From Amoebophrya sp. A120 (lineage: Eukaryota > Protista > Dinoflagellata), in the NCBI GenBank assembly GCA_905178155.1, contig CAJINV010000008.1, forward strand, positions 1,364,001 to 1,428,000: a stretch of DNA of 64,000 nucleotides. Reading direction: 5' to 3'. The notes beneath the pieces are model-generated. The model searched no databases. It saw nothing but the letters and a program-made list of their open reading frames with translations, and had not been told where the DNA came from. Below, in pieces: positions 12,148 through 24,095 of the stretch; positions within the stretch are counted from its first letter, which is position 1, and every line of letters begins with the position of its first letter. The position numbers and the translations under genes are program-made.

Positions 12148-14188
12148 TGTCAAATGGTTCTCAGCCTGCTTCAACGTACAACAAGACAAACGAAGCAAAC
12201 TAACCCGACTGTAACAATCTCAATCACCACTGCACTGACTCGACCTTGAGCTTTTTTACTCTATGTTGTATGCTTCTTAAATTCCAAACTGAATTTAATA
12301 GTGTAGCTGTAGTTTACTCAAAAAACAATAAAAGCAAATTATATGCGTACTTTCCTGAAACAAGTTTGCACAAGACTGTCTGCGAAGCTGTCTTTCTCTG
12401 TTAATCTGTGTATGCGTGCCTGTCTTTCGACTTCGCTAATCTGTTTATTCTTGTCCGAAAACCAGACTGAAACAACTTTTTTAGAGTTTGCTGACCAAAA
12501 GTCCGCACGGCGGATGTCCTCGCATGGCGAGGGAATACGGAAGTGAAGCCAAAGAGAGCTTTTGCAACTCACTAGTTGCAGTTATTTTACAGTATATTAT
12601 CTGAAAGCAAAAACGCCAAATGCTTGGAAAATGATTTCCCCCGAGCGTGCTGCATCAGAGGCGAGAAACGGAGACACAGGTGCCGACGTTGTCTACATCT
12701 ACTCTACTTGTACTTCCCTCACCTGTACTTGTACATTACTTCGACAACGGTCGACACAACACAGTTGCATTAGCGGCCCGAGGACTTGGTCGGCGGAGGG
12801 TATTTAAAGATACCACAAAGTCCGCCTGACCAGCTCAACTGGACACAAAAAAAAAGCTAGCGCCGTCCAACGAATGCAAGAAGTGTCGTGGTGACGATCT
12901 AGATTTCTCCAGGTGGTCGAGCAGTCACTGATGCTGATTCGCTTCTTGTACCATGCGCATCAAGCGCCAGCACCTAAATTCGAACGGAATTTTTCTGCTA
13001 TGAGCTTCTTTTACTTCCTTCACTATTGACGACTGATGCTTCGAAGTACTTCCTGTTCCTGACGATAAAATCTAAGACTGAGACTGCTGCTTTGAGTTTT
13101 ATTTACTGCGATTTCCCTTTAGCTTTAGAATTAGTTCTTGGCCGTTGTCTTCCGCCAGTGGTAGTGGTGTGTCGTTGTCGACGCTAGATGCAATATCAAT
13201 AAATCCAAGTTGTTGGCGACACCGATGACATAGCGCTCGTTCGACGAAAACAGCGACACACTTCACTCTGTGCCGGCCACTAACCCTGATGAAGAAGTGC
13301 CCGACGCGGAATCGCATTTGCACCGATAGTTGTACAAACTGTAGAAACAAAAGACTCTCTGATGAGGAAGCAGAACAAAACCAACGCAGTGTCAGGGCAA
13401 CAGAACCCGGACGTTCCTGTTAAGTAATGGCGACGAGAAGATGTGTTTTCTCGGTCTTCATTGTCTTGATGAGTACGCACGCTGTAGTACTTACTAGAGA
13501 CCAGCGGCCGCTGCATTTGATCTCATTGTAGTTTAGGCTCTTCGGCGTTCTTGTCAACAACAACAGCCAGCTTTTCATCTTGTAATACTTAATTTTTAGA
13601 ATGAAATACGAACTATGTATAAGGAGTTTTCGTTTTGTGTATCCAACAAGAATGCAATCCCATTCGTATCGCCGTCGGAAACGCTTTTACCGCTCTCCTC
13701 GTGTATGAAGACAAAATGAATTTTCTCGCAGAAATTGAAGCCAGAGGCCGCAAAAAGCGGGAGGAGCAGCAGGGTGAGGCTAGCTTTTCGCCACCAGGCC
13801 GACGCAGTACCACGACAAGCAAGAAGTCTGAGTACGCAACGTGACGTCGCAGCTGAGGGCGATAGTGCGACAAGTAAAGGCTGCAGAGGTCACTTCCGAA
13901 AGAGCTAGCATTTTCGCATAGGAATCTTCCAATGAAGATGAGGATGATGATCATCTGACTCGCCGATTGCTTCTGCCTGCGGGAGCACGGTTTGCATCGA
14001 CTGCGTGGCATTTTTAGACCAGATTTTTGCATTGCTTCAGAGCCATAACTGGTGCTGCCGCTAGAGTTTTTCTATCAACAACGAGACCACAAAGGATACT
14101 GATTGTAACAATGTAGTTCGTGAAATCATTTTATCAAAGGGGCTACATAGATGCCACTGACTCGCCCGGCTGCTCTTTTTCGTTTGAA

Positions 14189-16863
14189 ATGCGTTCCTCT
14201 CCCCCCGGTTCTGGCGCTCCACATCCAGATGGTGCACAGCGCTCGAGCCGTCAAGCCTCGGGGAGCACTGGCGGCGCCGCGCCACCGTCGGCGGCCGCGC
14301 CCCGGAGCTCTGCGGGTGTCAAAGGCAAAAGCGGCGGTCCGGCTCCCGCCGGCGCCCCAGTGCTGAAAGGTGGCGGCGGCGGAAAGCCGGCAGCCGCGCC
14401 GCCCGCACCGGGGAAGGGCACCACCGGCTCAGTTTCCAGTAAATCCGCGCAACAACCAAGAGATACGAGCGCGGTGCCCAGTTTTGAGTATGACGAAGGT
14501 ACCGACTGCTTCACATTTGCGACGCCGACTGCCAAAACGAATGCGCACACCGTGGCCCAGGAGGGCGACACCACCGTAGTTCCGCTTGCGCCCTGTGTCT
14601 ACCGCCTTTGCGACTACACGCTGGCGAAGGGCGAACCCATCCAGCGCCACCGCGCCGTCCTCAAACTCGGCGTCTTGCGCGCCTTCCAACGCGAGTGCCA
14701 GAACTTCAACAAGGCCCGGAAAAACATCGAAGAGGAGGAAACCAAGCCGCACCGCTTTGCCGAGTTTCTGACCAGCTGCGGCCTGAAAGTCACCTCCCGG
14801 CCCGTGCAGGTCCGGGATCTGGCCGCCTTCCTCGTGAGGGTCGAAAACGCGACGCCCAGCATCCCGGAACAAGTCACGGAAATTCGCGCAAGCCAGACCT
14901 GCAACTTCTTTCCGGGCATGCAGGAGGTGTTCCGCCCCGGCACGAAGGTCGTGACTTACCCCGAGAACCTGCAGGGTGCGGCTCTGGGCGCGACGGTGGT
15001 GCAATCCTCCTACACCGAGGAGATTTCGCGGGCCAGCGGCAAGACGCGCCGAACCTTCGTGCTGATGCTCGAATTCATCGTGTCCGTGGGAGACACGCTC
15101 GCGTTCGTGGGCATCAGCGAGCCCTACTCCGAGTTCGAGGGGAGTCAGCCGCTGAAGGCCTTCCGCCACCGCCCCCTCGCAACGTCGGCGCAGCCAAATG
15201 TGGAAGAGGCGCGGATGCTCCAGGCATTGATTGTCCGCGGCATGCTGTACGCGGAGATCGCGACGGGTTACCATTACCTGCAGTACGGACCCGACACGTT
15301 CTTTCCGGTGCCCGTCACCATGAGCAGCAGTGCGGGGAGCGGTGGTCGCGCTACCCGCCCACTGCAGGCCACGGGGAGGATCATGGTGGACAACACGCGA
15401 GCCGGGCTCGAGGGGCACAATCCGACGCGCGGAGCGGACGGTGCCAGCGTCTCGGTCCGTGAAGCCCTGCGCGTGTACGAGCAGGCCAAGCGCACGGGCG
15501 GCGCGCTGCCCGTAACGACTTTCACCATCAACGACGAAGATTTTCACCACGACCAGCTGTTCGCCTGCTGGCCCATGGTGCTGGGGTTTTCGTTTTCGGC
15601 ACGATGCTGGGGGAAGCTGGTGCTGGTACTGGAGAACACCCGCCCGATCAAGTTTCAGAAGCACGCGTTCGAGCAGCTGGTGCTCCCGGCGGAAAAGAAG
15701 GAGCTGATTCGTGCCTGTGCACGCTACGCGGGAAAGGCGGACGAAGACGGTGAAGTCGACGTGATCGCGAACAAAGGGGGAGCCAGCATTTTCCTCCTCT
15801 ACGGGCCACCGGGCTGTGGAAAGACCCTGACCGCGGAGGCCATTGCCGAAATGCTGAGTAAGCCACTCTACACGGTCACAGCTGGAGACCTCGGCATCAC
15901 CGCCGCGGAAGTCGAGAAGACACTATCACAGGTGCCCCTGTAGCTAGACTTCTGTGCGTAGTAAACTGCGTCCGTTACGACCTACTATACCGGTAGCTCA
16001 CTCTGGTCACGTCTTCAATGCGCCGTACAATACATAGTCTGCTAGAAATGAACATCAAGGTGGTGAAGTTCAAATTCTAGTACTTGTGATGATTTATCCT
16101 ACGGGGGCGCCTTGTTGTTGGTTTTTATTGGCATCGACGTCCACCTAGTCCTAGAGGAGCGTCGCGCGATCTACCTCCTGGATGATCGAGATGAAGAGGA
16201 TGTACGTACTAGCCGAAATGTGATTTTCCTGTATTACGACACGAATCGTGCCATCACGTACAGGTTCTGCAGATGTGCGCCGAGTGGAATGCCTTGGTGC
16301 TGATTGACGAGGCAGATATTTTCATCGAGGCCCGAACCAGCCAGGAATTGCAGCGAAACGCGATCGTGTGTGTCATGTTGCGTCTCCTGGAGTACTACAG
16401 TGGGGGGTTGTTCCTGACCACCAATCGAGTCGGAAACATCGATCCCGCGGTTTCTTCGCGCATCACCGTGATGCTTGGCTACGAGGCACTAGACTTCGAC
16501 GGGCGGGCGAAGGTGTGGCGAAACCTGTTGCTCAACTCTAAATCGAAGCACGTGCAAAAAATCTTGAAGACGGAAGATTTGTTGTCGCAGCTGGCAAATT
16601 ACGTGCTCAACGGGCGGCAGATCAAGAATTCGATTCTTCTGGCACGGGCGCTCGCGAAGGAGCGGGGCGAAGAGCTGTCCATGCAACTGCTGGAGAGAGC
16701 AGTGCTGGCTGTGGCGGGCGAGCGATCCGCGGCAGAACAGCGCCACCGTCTTTCGTCCATATCTTCTGATCACCCGCACAATTTCAGCCCGACCCCCTCC
16801 GGTGCTGCATTCCGGGGATCGGTGCTTGCCTCGCCGGTTGATCGCAGCTTTGTCCCGCATTGA
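14189..16863 (+). CDS. AAA+ ATPase, 2 exons
   Basis: Walker A LYGPPGCGKTLTAE, Walker B LIDEAD, LRLLEYYSGGLFLTTNR, LNGRQIKN. GT-AG intron 15932-16263. Confidence 0.9.
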
Positions 16864-17182
16864 AAAAGAAAAGAACGCATTCGAAGAAGTGATGCAGAGG
16901 CAGCTACCGTGAATCACGCACGACGTAGATCATAACAGCACGAGATCGAGAACTACTGGAAATAGTAGACCCTGGCACGACAGGCAGTACCAAGAATCTT
17001 CACTGCTGCATAACTGCCAACACGATCACGCAGTTGCAGAACATGCTCGATAGATTAGATTGAGAATTTGACTTCAACTCTTTCTGCCCGTCTGTGTGTT
17101 GTGTCTGAACCTGTGGTCGTACCACAATGAATTTCGCAGGTCGGGCGGCAGTGGCACTCAAGTGGGAGTGTTGAGGTTCGTA

Positions 17183-17674
17183 GAATCGTTTTGTACGGCT
17201 GTAGTTGTTGAGGTTCCTAGATGAAGCAAGTTCGTAACATCGCAAATGTCATCGAGCCTGGCAGGGGCAGCCAGGAGATGAGGAACTTCGCGAGGAGCGC
17301 GAGTCGTCATAATATCATCATGAAAAGTACAACCGTGACCGTCTACACATCATCCAGCACCGGAGCATGTTGATGTAGGAGCATCATTTTGCTCATTTGT
17401 CGAGAACCACTTAGAGTTGCGCGCTGGATGCTTCACAACACCCGGCGCTGCGGTGCGTATTCATCGCATCGGAGTTGGACGAACAATTGATGTCCTAGGA
17501 CTGTGATCCACAGAACTAAAGCGCTGCGAAGTAAGTATAGTGTTTTGTTTCGAGTGTGGAACAAGATGACGATGTTGACGATACAACATGGGGTCCTCTC
17601 GTCTAGCTGCGTAGTGCTTCTCGCTGCACTCCGGCTACTGATTTTCGAGTCTGCCGTCTATTTCCAGTTCGCAT
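17183..17674 (+). repeat. Direct repeat copy A: orphan upstream region plus first ~36 codons of the 20186 gene
   Basis: Aligns with 19811-20294 at high identity (roughly 85-90% by eye) with small indels; includes ATG ACG ATG TTG ACG ATA ... TTC CAG TTC GCA. Confidence 0.93.
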
Positions 17675-18364
17675 GGAGAAGCCAAAAAAAACTACACCGG
17701 AGAAGCCTCCTACTCAGTTGTTACCATATCGATAAGTTGGACCAAGGCGCTGCCGACGAAGGTGGGCGTATGGTTCTTGATCTCTCAGTAAGTTTTTCCG
17801 ACACTATTTAAAGATTGAACGTGTGTAGTTTGTGCAAATAAATTGTGAACGAAATACTTCAGCAGATTTAGAAGCTTTCAGATCCTTCAGCGCGCTGCGT
17901 TTAGGCTTCACCTTCCCGATCTAGTAACTCTTGGGATCCTCCAAACGTTCAGGCTGACGAGCTTGTTCGGGAGGTCGGGAGCTCGCACTGCAGGGCCCGC
18001 TTACGGTGCAAGCCCTGGGGCCCCCAAGATCGTAGTTTTTTGGCTTGAAGGATCTAAAAATGTAGACACCAAACGAGCAGCTTCGCATTGCACCCCAAAA
18101 TAGTCCAGCGGCACAACGACGAAAATGTGAGAAAAACGCACTGAGGAATATTTTAACTCAGATCCATTTATTCATGGTCTCTCTCGTATTCAGTACCAAC
18201 TAATTTGCATTTGTTGTTTGTGTGAACGTGCAGACATATTTTGTTGGTTTCTTTGCGACTAGGATTGTAGGTCCAATCGAAGACGTTGTAGCTTTAGATT
18301 TTCGTCTCGTCTAGAATCTCATCGATCATTGCAATCGAACAAAGCAATATAAGAACACATCAAG

Positions 18365-19243
18365 ATGCCGAAGTCCGGTGCGGAACGGAAAAAAAGGTGG
18401 ATCAAGAACAAACGGGCGCAAGGGTTGACGAATTCCATGATTGTCGGTCCGAGCTCAGGCGGCCATTCGTCGCATGCCACGAGTGGAGGCGGTCAACATG
18501 GCGGAAATACGGCACGAGTTCTGAAAGAAGACGCATTTCTTTGGACGCATTGGATTGCATTCTCGCAGAAAACGGCGAAACTGAGGTTCAGCGACGGAAC
18601 GCACATGTTCCAGCGCATGATCGAGATTGTCTGCAGCGATGGTCATGCACATCCGGAGTCTTTCATCTTGTATTTAGGAAATATTCCGCGAATTCGGGTT
18701 GCCCGCCATCCCGACACTAGTCAGTACCACACCGCGGACAATCGCCGCCTATTGATGTTCAGGGCCCTTGGCTTTAGGCACGTACGCGTCGACGTGACGG
18801 AATGGACCGAGGAGTATGACAACAAGCTGGCGCAGAGAGATTTCAGTGCTCGCGATCCTCTCGACCACTTCGCCAACATTGAGAACGTGGAGCGAGTGAA
18901 AACGGATTCTGTTTCTGTCAAGCGTCTCCGAGCAGCTTTTTTCAAGACCTTGCAGAGTCCATACTCCCCGTTTCCCTTGTCGGGCCGGACTGTTCTTGTC
19001 GCCCTTCCATACGACTATTGCTATACACGTGAAGACGATGCATTGCGTCGACACGTTGCGGCGCGGCTTGACAAGCTGCGCTGTACGCGGGACGGGTTCG
19101 CTGAAGCCACAATCTTCTCTGCTTTTCGAAAAAGAGTCGCGATGCTGCGAGTCGACGTCGAAAATGTTCATGACCTAGACGAGGTTGGAGTAAAAGTCAG
19201 CAGGTCGTTCGGACCGGCTCTCGCAAAGCAACTCAATGTGTAA
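18365..19243 (+). CDS. ParB/Srx-like domain protein (FSQ..FSDG..PxIxV..DNRRL)
   Basis: Intronless 292-aa ORF with IAFSQKTAKLRFSDG, IPRIRVA, YHTADNRRLLMFRALG, a motif set I associate with ParB-like nuclease domains. CAAG-ATG start context as in several other genes here. Confidence 0.55.
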   Translation: MPKSGAERKKRWIKNKRAQGLTNSMIVGPSSGGHSSHATSGGGQHGGNTARVLKEDAFLWTHWIAFSQKTAKLRFSDGTHMFQRMIEIVCSDGHAHPESFILYLGNIPRIRVARHPDTSQYHTADNRRLLMFRALGFRHVRVDVTEWTEEYDNKLAQRDFSARDPLDHFANIENVERVKTDSVSVKRLRAAFFKTLQSPYSPFPLSGRTVLVALPYDYCYTREDDALRRHVAARLDKLRCTRDGFAEATIFSAFRKRVAMLRVDVENVHDLDEVGVKVSRSFGPALAKQLNV

Positions 19244-19304
19244 GTAATTGGCAGCGTGAAGTATTTAGACCTGTTGTGGCGTTGCGGCGACGCCCAAGCA
19301 CCTG

Positions 19305-19832
19305 TTGAAAGTTTGCTCCGTAAATGCAAGTGCGGAATGGCGAGGAGAGGAGTTCTCCGCTAAAAAACTGTATGAGCAAGCAAAAGGAGTGGTTGACTCT
19401 GCCGCGGAGAACCTTGCGCCCTTGTTTTTGGCGCGTCTGCGTGAAGCGGCGAGCGATGGCAAATTCGAGACCCGAATAACTGCGGATGAAACGAATATGC
19501 GCTCCTCCGGTTTCAACTTCAAGAACCGGATGCGTGCGGTCGATTGGATGCCGTATTTTGCCTCAGAGGCGGCCTTTTGGTATTTTTGTAGGAATACGAT
19601 GGAGACCGCCTTGTCGAAAGCTGGTTATACTTGTAGTTTCAATCTCGCGAAGGGAGAAACCACGTCCGTGAACGACGGGCCGCAAGAACAGGGCCGGGCC
19701 GTTGTGAAGTCGCGCGGCTCGCGTAATTGCAAACCTGCGCAAAGCGCAAAGGCGCAGCTCATAGGGATCAATGTTGTCACCCAAATTAAATTTTCGGGTT
19801 CGTCAGCTTTGAGTCGTCTTGTACGGCTGTAG
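19305..19832 (+). CDS. Hypothetical ORF or gene remnant inside the repeat-flanked cassette
   Basis: 175-codon protein-like frame starting at TTG; runs into repeat copy B; no recognisable family. Confidence 0.3.
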   Translation: MKVCSVNASAEWRGEEFSAKKLYEQAKGVVDSAAENLAPLFLARLREAASDGKFETRITADETNMRSSGFNFKNRMRAVDWMPYFASEAAFWYFCRNTMETALSKAGYTCSFNLAKGETTSVNDGPQEQGRAVVKSRGSRNCKPAQSAKAQLIGINVVTQIKFSGSSALSRLVRL

Positions 19833-20294
19833 TTGTTGGGGTCGTTCCTAGATGAAGCAAGTTCGTAACATCGCAAATGTCATCGAGCCTGGCAGGGGCA
19901 CCCAGGAGATAAGGAACTTCGCGAGGAGCACGAGTTGTCATAATATCATCATGAAAAGTACCGTCTACTACACATCGACATCATCCAGCACCGGAGCATG
20001 TTGATGTAGGACGAGCATCATTTTGCTCATCTGTCGAGAACCACTTAGAGTTGCATGCTGGATGCTTCGAAACACCCGGCGGCTCTGCGGTGCGTATTCG
20101 CATCGGACGAACAATTGATGCTCTAGGATTGTGATCCACAGAACTAAAGCGCTGCTACAGTATTTTGTGTGGAGTGTTGAACAAGATGACGATGTTGACG
20201 ATACACCATGGGGTCCTCTCGTCTAGCTGCGTAGTGATTCTCGCACTCCCGCTACTGATTTATTTCAAGTCTGCCGTCTATTTCCAGTTCGCAT
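19811..20294 (+). repeat. Direct repeat copy B: upstream region and 5' end of the intact gene
   Basis: Partner of 17183-17674. Confidence 0.93.
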
Positions 20295-23200
20295 TGCAAG
20301 GAACCGTGCTGGCACACGCGCATACAGTGGCAAAATCACCCGGAAACAAGCCTGGCCACCTCGCTCCGCCACCCACCTCGGACGGGCAGGAACCGCGCCT
20401 CTGGATCGACGTCGAGCATGAAGGTGAAGAGGAGGACTACAAACACGCGATCCACATCGAGGACGTCAAGGCGACGAGGCTCAATTCGACAATCACGCTG
20501 CGATGGAACTACTTCGTGCGGAGTGAGGAGTACAATCGAGGATACGCCTGGGGCCAGGTATTGCATCCATCGCCTTACGAAGATCCTAGCGGTTCGAGCT
20601 ACACTTCCAGCGCAATCGCCTTGACAGGGAACACAGCCAACACCGGGTCCTTCAACTGGACTGTGCCTTGCGAAGCCGTCTCGGGCCAGCGGTACCGCTT
20701 CCGGCTGTGCTCTGGCGACCCTCCTCGCAAAAGTAAATTCGCATGTCATGAAAGTAAAGGTGCGATTTTTGTCCTGAACGACACGAGGTCAACAGGCTGT
20801 CCAAACGTTGCCGTGCAACAGAAGAGTGGTCCGCTGGCTCATGCAACTTCTCCTGGTGGCTCCGCGTCACGCAGTAACACACGACCCGCCACACATTCGA
20901 ACCTGAGCAAGTTCCAAAGCCACGAGCAGAATCCCGCCAAGAATCTGAAAGCGAGGCCCATTGAGGTTCTCGGGCCATTAGATGTAACGGATCGTGGTAT
21001 GAAATGGCTCCCACAAGAAGTTGGAGAAGGCCGCGGAATAGACGCAGGGACACTAGCGGCGTCGTCGAATTCGGGAAGCAACAAAACGAGAACGCGAGGC
21101 GATGAAACTACAAATAACGCGCTGACGCATCACGAAGGGACCGAGACGAACTCCCAAGAATGCCTCAAGAACAGCACGAACAACGAGCAGTACCCGAAAT
21201 ACTCACATCGAAAGGAGCAGGATTTGAAACCAGGTGGAAGTTGTAGTCAACCAGGAACGGTCCCCAGCACTTACAGACGCAGTGTGCCGTCATCGCGCCC
21301 TCGAAATTATGCGTCTGATGCAGCTGCTGATCATGAAGATGTTGCGGCAGCTCTTCAGTGGGACGACCACCCAGAGATCATGCGTGTTGTTGGTGATTCC
21401 GCTTGCCAGAAGAACGATGAAGATTGTGTCGACGTCGATATCGGAGTATGCGAAATCGATGAAACGGCGACCAGCACACCAAACCTCCATGCTGAGCCGG
21501 AGTCCGAGGGTCCTTCGTACGTCACACCGGAGCCCAGGCGGCCCGACGAGACGGCGGCAGGAAAAACCGCACAGCCCCTGCGCCGGATGGCTCCACAAGA
21601 TCAGGATCGCGGAATAAAGGACAGCAAGCGCAAGCCTCTGGCCATCGTGGCGTATTGGATTGGCCCGCTGCCAGACTACGTGATGGCGTTTGTCGCAACC
21701 GCCAGGATGGTGAAGGGCGTCGACTTTTTCGTGTTTCACAGTCGCCCGGTGGACGATGATGACCAGGCCGAGATATTCGCCCAGATTCGCGATGCGGCCG
21801 CACCAAACGTGTTTTTTCGCCACTGTCCCCAGGACAAGAGCTGCCTCGCCAAGCGTTTGTGGGAGAACGTGCCCGGCGTGGCGGGCGGCGGTGGTCGTCG
21901 CGGCGAAGTAAAGAGCTTGGAGGCATTTAGTGTCGATGTAGTAGAAGAATCTTTTGCCGATGATAACGCCCCAAAGGGCTATGACCTCAAGGCTCTGTTT
22001 GGGGCGCTGTTCGCGACGGAGTTGGAGCCCTACTCGCACTGGGCATGGACCGATTTGGACGTGTTGTGGTCGCCAAATCTCCTGCAGTTGCTCACTACCG
22101 AAGCGCAGTCAACCTCTCGTCCGCACGCAATGGATCTACTTCAGTCCTACGATGTCGTTACCTGCTTGGACGGAGGACGTTCAGCATTGTACCTCTCCGG
22201 CCAGTTTACGGCTTTCAAAAATATACCCAAATTTGGAAAGCAAAGCGTGCCCGAGCGAAGCGGCGCTCCTGGTCGTACAACGGGGGTCGTGCCCGAGCTG
22301 GAAGATCATAAGCAGTCGCTTTATTTCCTTTCGGGGTGTCTGACAAGAAACGTGGACTTCGTGGCGAACAATGATGGCACCGCCGCAGTCCCGACCCCAA
22401 GGGGTTCCAAGTTCTGTGCCTTGGACTGGATCCTGAGCACGGCACACAGCATGTTCGACGAGAAACATGCGGTTTTTTACGCAGCGGAAAACGCGAACGC
22501 AAAAATCTACTTCGACTTCTCGCTTGGCTTTTCCTCGCAGCGTTGGTCGCAGCTTTTGCACAGAGGGCCGCAATTTGGGCTGTTCTATCCGCTGCCGGAG
22601 GCGGACCGAAGCGCCGGCGACGAACTTGTGTTCGACCGGAAATTTGGGCTTTTCATTGAAGGCAGCAGCTTCGTTTCATCTTCTCTCGCAGCAACTAACA
22701 CAACCGGTGTGGTTAAACAAGAGGGACGGGGGTCGCAGCGATCAAAGCCAGAGAATGAAGTAGGAGGTGACGCCAAACATCAACCGGTGCCGGCTCATCA
22801 TCTTCACACGCCCTTGGTGACGGATTTGGAGCGTATCAACATGCACCTTCACGACCTCCGTAGCAAAACAGACTGCTTTTCGGAACTCGGCGACCGCTGG
22901 AGCTACGTTTGTGTGCCGCAAACGCCCGCGCTGGGAGCGCTTCCCAGCAGCGAGTTCATTTTCGGTGCCGCCTACGAGCTCAGACCAGTGTTCCAGTTGG
23001 CTGTGAGCGGAAGAGACGAAACGCAAGCCGCTGACGAAAATATAAATAGCGGTCGACATAAGGGCGGTGGGCCCCCCCGCGATCGCGTAGACGAGGTCTT
23101 TGTCGCCCGTACTAGAGAAGTTCTGGTGATTCCTTCGGCCTTCGTCCACCGGACGTACGAGTTGTATCCAGAACCGCTACAACAGCAGACATCACCAAAT

Positions 23201-23602
23201 GCCACACCATCAAGAGTCGAGCTGAGTGAAAACAAGGTAGAAAATCAACGTGGTCCTGTCAAAGATAATGGCGCAGCTGCCACTCAATCTGAAGTTCTGT
23301 CAACATCAGAAGAACGTGAACGCCCCACACAAAATATGAAACGCCGCTCTACTCTGGAATTTGCGTTTTTTCATCTCCATCAGCGAAAGGCAAAGTTCAC
23401 TTTTCATGCAGCTAATAATCGCGGTGACCGGCAGCTAGTCAAAGATGACCGGGCACGAAACGACGACGAGCATCGCATCGCGGCTGGGAGCACTGTTTGG
23501 TGTGTTGACCGCAAAGGAGCAGGAAGAGAACTTAAATGCCGCGAAGAATTAGACGCGGGATGGTGTACAGGGTGCCGCGTGGTGGCGTCGCATGATCATT
23601 GA
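20186..23602 (+). CDS. Large membrane-anchored protein with an Ig-like (Kre9/KNH-type) segment and a DUF6625-like putative glycosyltransferase domain
   Basis: Hydrophobic N-terminus; TITLRWN..NTGSFNWTVP..YRFRL; IVAYWIGPLPDY..VDFFVF..YDLKALFGALF..YSHWAWTDLDVLW..YDVV..SGQFTAFKN with a DxD motif. Single long ORF. Confidence 0.7.
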   Translation: MTMLTIHHGVLSSSCVVILALPLLIYFKSAVYFQFALQGTVLAHAHTVAKSPGNKPGHLAPPPTSDGQEPRLWIDVEHEGEEEDYKHAIHIEDVKATRLNSTITLRWNYFVRSEEYNRGYAWGQVLHPSPYEDPSGSSYTSSAIALTGNTANTGSFNWTVPCEAVSGQRYRFRLCSGDPPRKSKFACHESKGAIFVLNDTRSTGCPNVAVQQKSGPLAHATSPGGSASRSNTRPATHSNLSKFQSHEQNPAKNLKARPIEVLGPLDVTDRGMKWLPQEVGEGRGIDAGTLAASSNSGSNKTRTRGDETTNNALTHHEGTETNSQECLKNSTNNEQYPKYSHRKEQDLKPGGSCSQPGTVPSTYRRSVPSSRPRNYASDAAADHEDVAAALQWDDHPEIMRVVGDSACQKNDEDCVDVDIGVCEIDETATSTPNLHAEPESEGPSYVTPEPRRPDETAAGKTAQPLRRMAPQDQDRGIKDSKRKPLAIVAYWIGPLPDYVMAFVATARMVKGVDFFVFHSRPVDDDDQAEIFAQIRDAAAPNVFFRHCPQDKSCLAKRLWENVPGVAGGGGRRGEVKSLEAFSVDVVEESFADDNAPKGYDLKALFGALFATELEPYSHWAWTDLDVLWSPNLLQLLTTEAQSTSRPHAMDLLQSYDVVTCLDGGRSALYLSGQFTAFKNIPKFGKQSVPERSGAPGRTTGVVPELEDHKQSLYFLSGCLTRNVDFVANNDGTAAVPTPRGSKFCALDWILSTAHSMFDEKHAVFYAAENANAKIYFDFSLGFSSQRWSQLLHRGPQFGLFYPLPEADRSAGDELVFDRKFGLFIEGSSFVSSSLAATNTTGVVKQEGRGSQRSKPENEVGGDAKHQPVPAHHLHTPLVTDLERINMHLHDLRSKTDCFSELGDRWSYVCVPQTPALGALPSSEFIFGAAYELRPVFQLAVSGRDETQAADENINSGRHKGGGPPRDRVDEVFVARTREVLVIPSAFVHRTYELYPEPLQQQTSPNATPSRVELSENKVENQRGPVKDNGAAATQSEVLSTSEERERPTQNMKRRSTLEFAFFHLHQRKAKFTFHAANNRGDRQLVKDDRARNDDEHRIAAGSTVWCVDRKGAGRELKCREELDAGWCTGCRVVASHDH

Positions 23603-24095
23603 GCGGGCTCTTTTTACTTGGTGTTGCAGCTACCTTCTAGTATCTGATGGTGAAAATTCATCCGATTGCGTCGTGTATGATCGAAATCCCCGAAATAGTA
23701 CTGTTTCGATGAAAGATAAATGTTGCTCTTCTGTTGAGCCCAGTGCAGTTTTGAAATGGAGTAAATGACGAGCAGGCAATACCAATCGGTCGAAAATATT
23801 GAGCTCTACCAGTCGATGTTCGGGCTTCTTGAGTACTGAAGATGAAAAAAGCAACTCCCGCGTCGGTACAGCATGTACCTACCACGTAGAGCAAAAAGAA
23901 AAACAGCACTCGCCAATTGGAGAGGCATTACATTTTTCTACTTACACTAGATACGCATACGCCGGGGTCGCGACCACCTCCAGATTTTCGCACTTAGAAA
24001 AACGAAGAGGAGAACAGTGTCGATTGCTTCAAAAGAAGATCAACAACGTGCCACTACCAGGAGGCTGGCATGTAGATGCACTCACATTATAACGA

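Noticed and set aside
12200-14100. Short ORFs in the long intergenic region, also 46400-47700 and 61500-62700
   Set aside because: No consistent exon chain or recognisable protein; small genes cannot be excluded.
14429-15664. 411-aa minus-strand ORF and other long antisense ORFs (21290-22039, 27440-28291, 57674-58501)
   Set aside because: Antisense shadows of GC3-rich + strand genes; no recognisable motifs.
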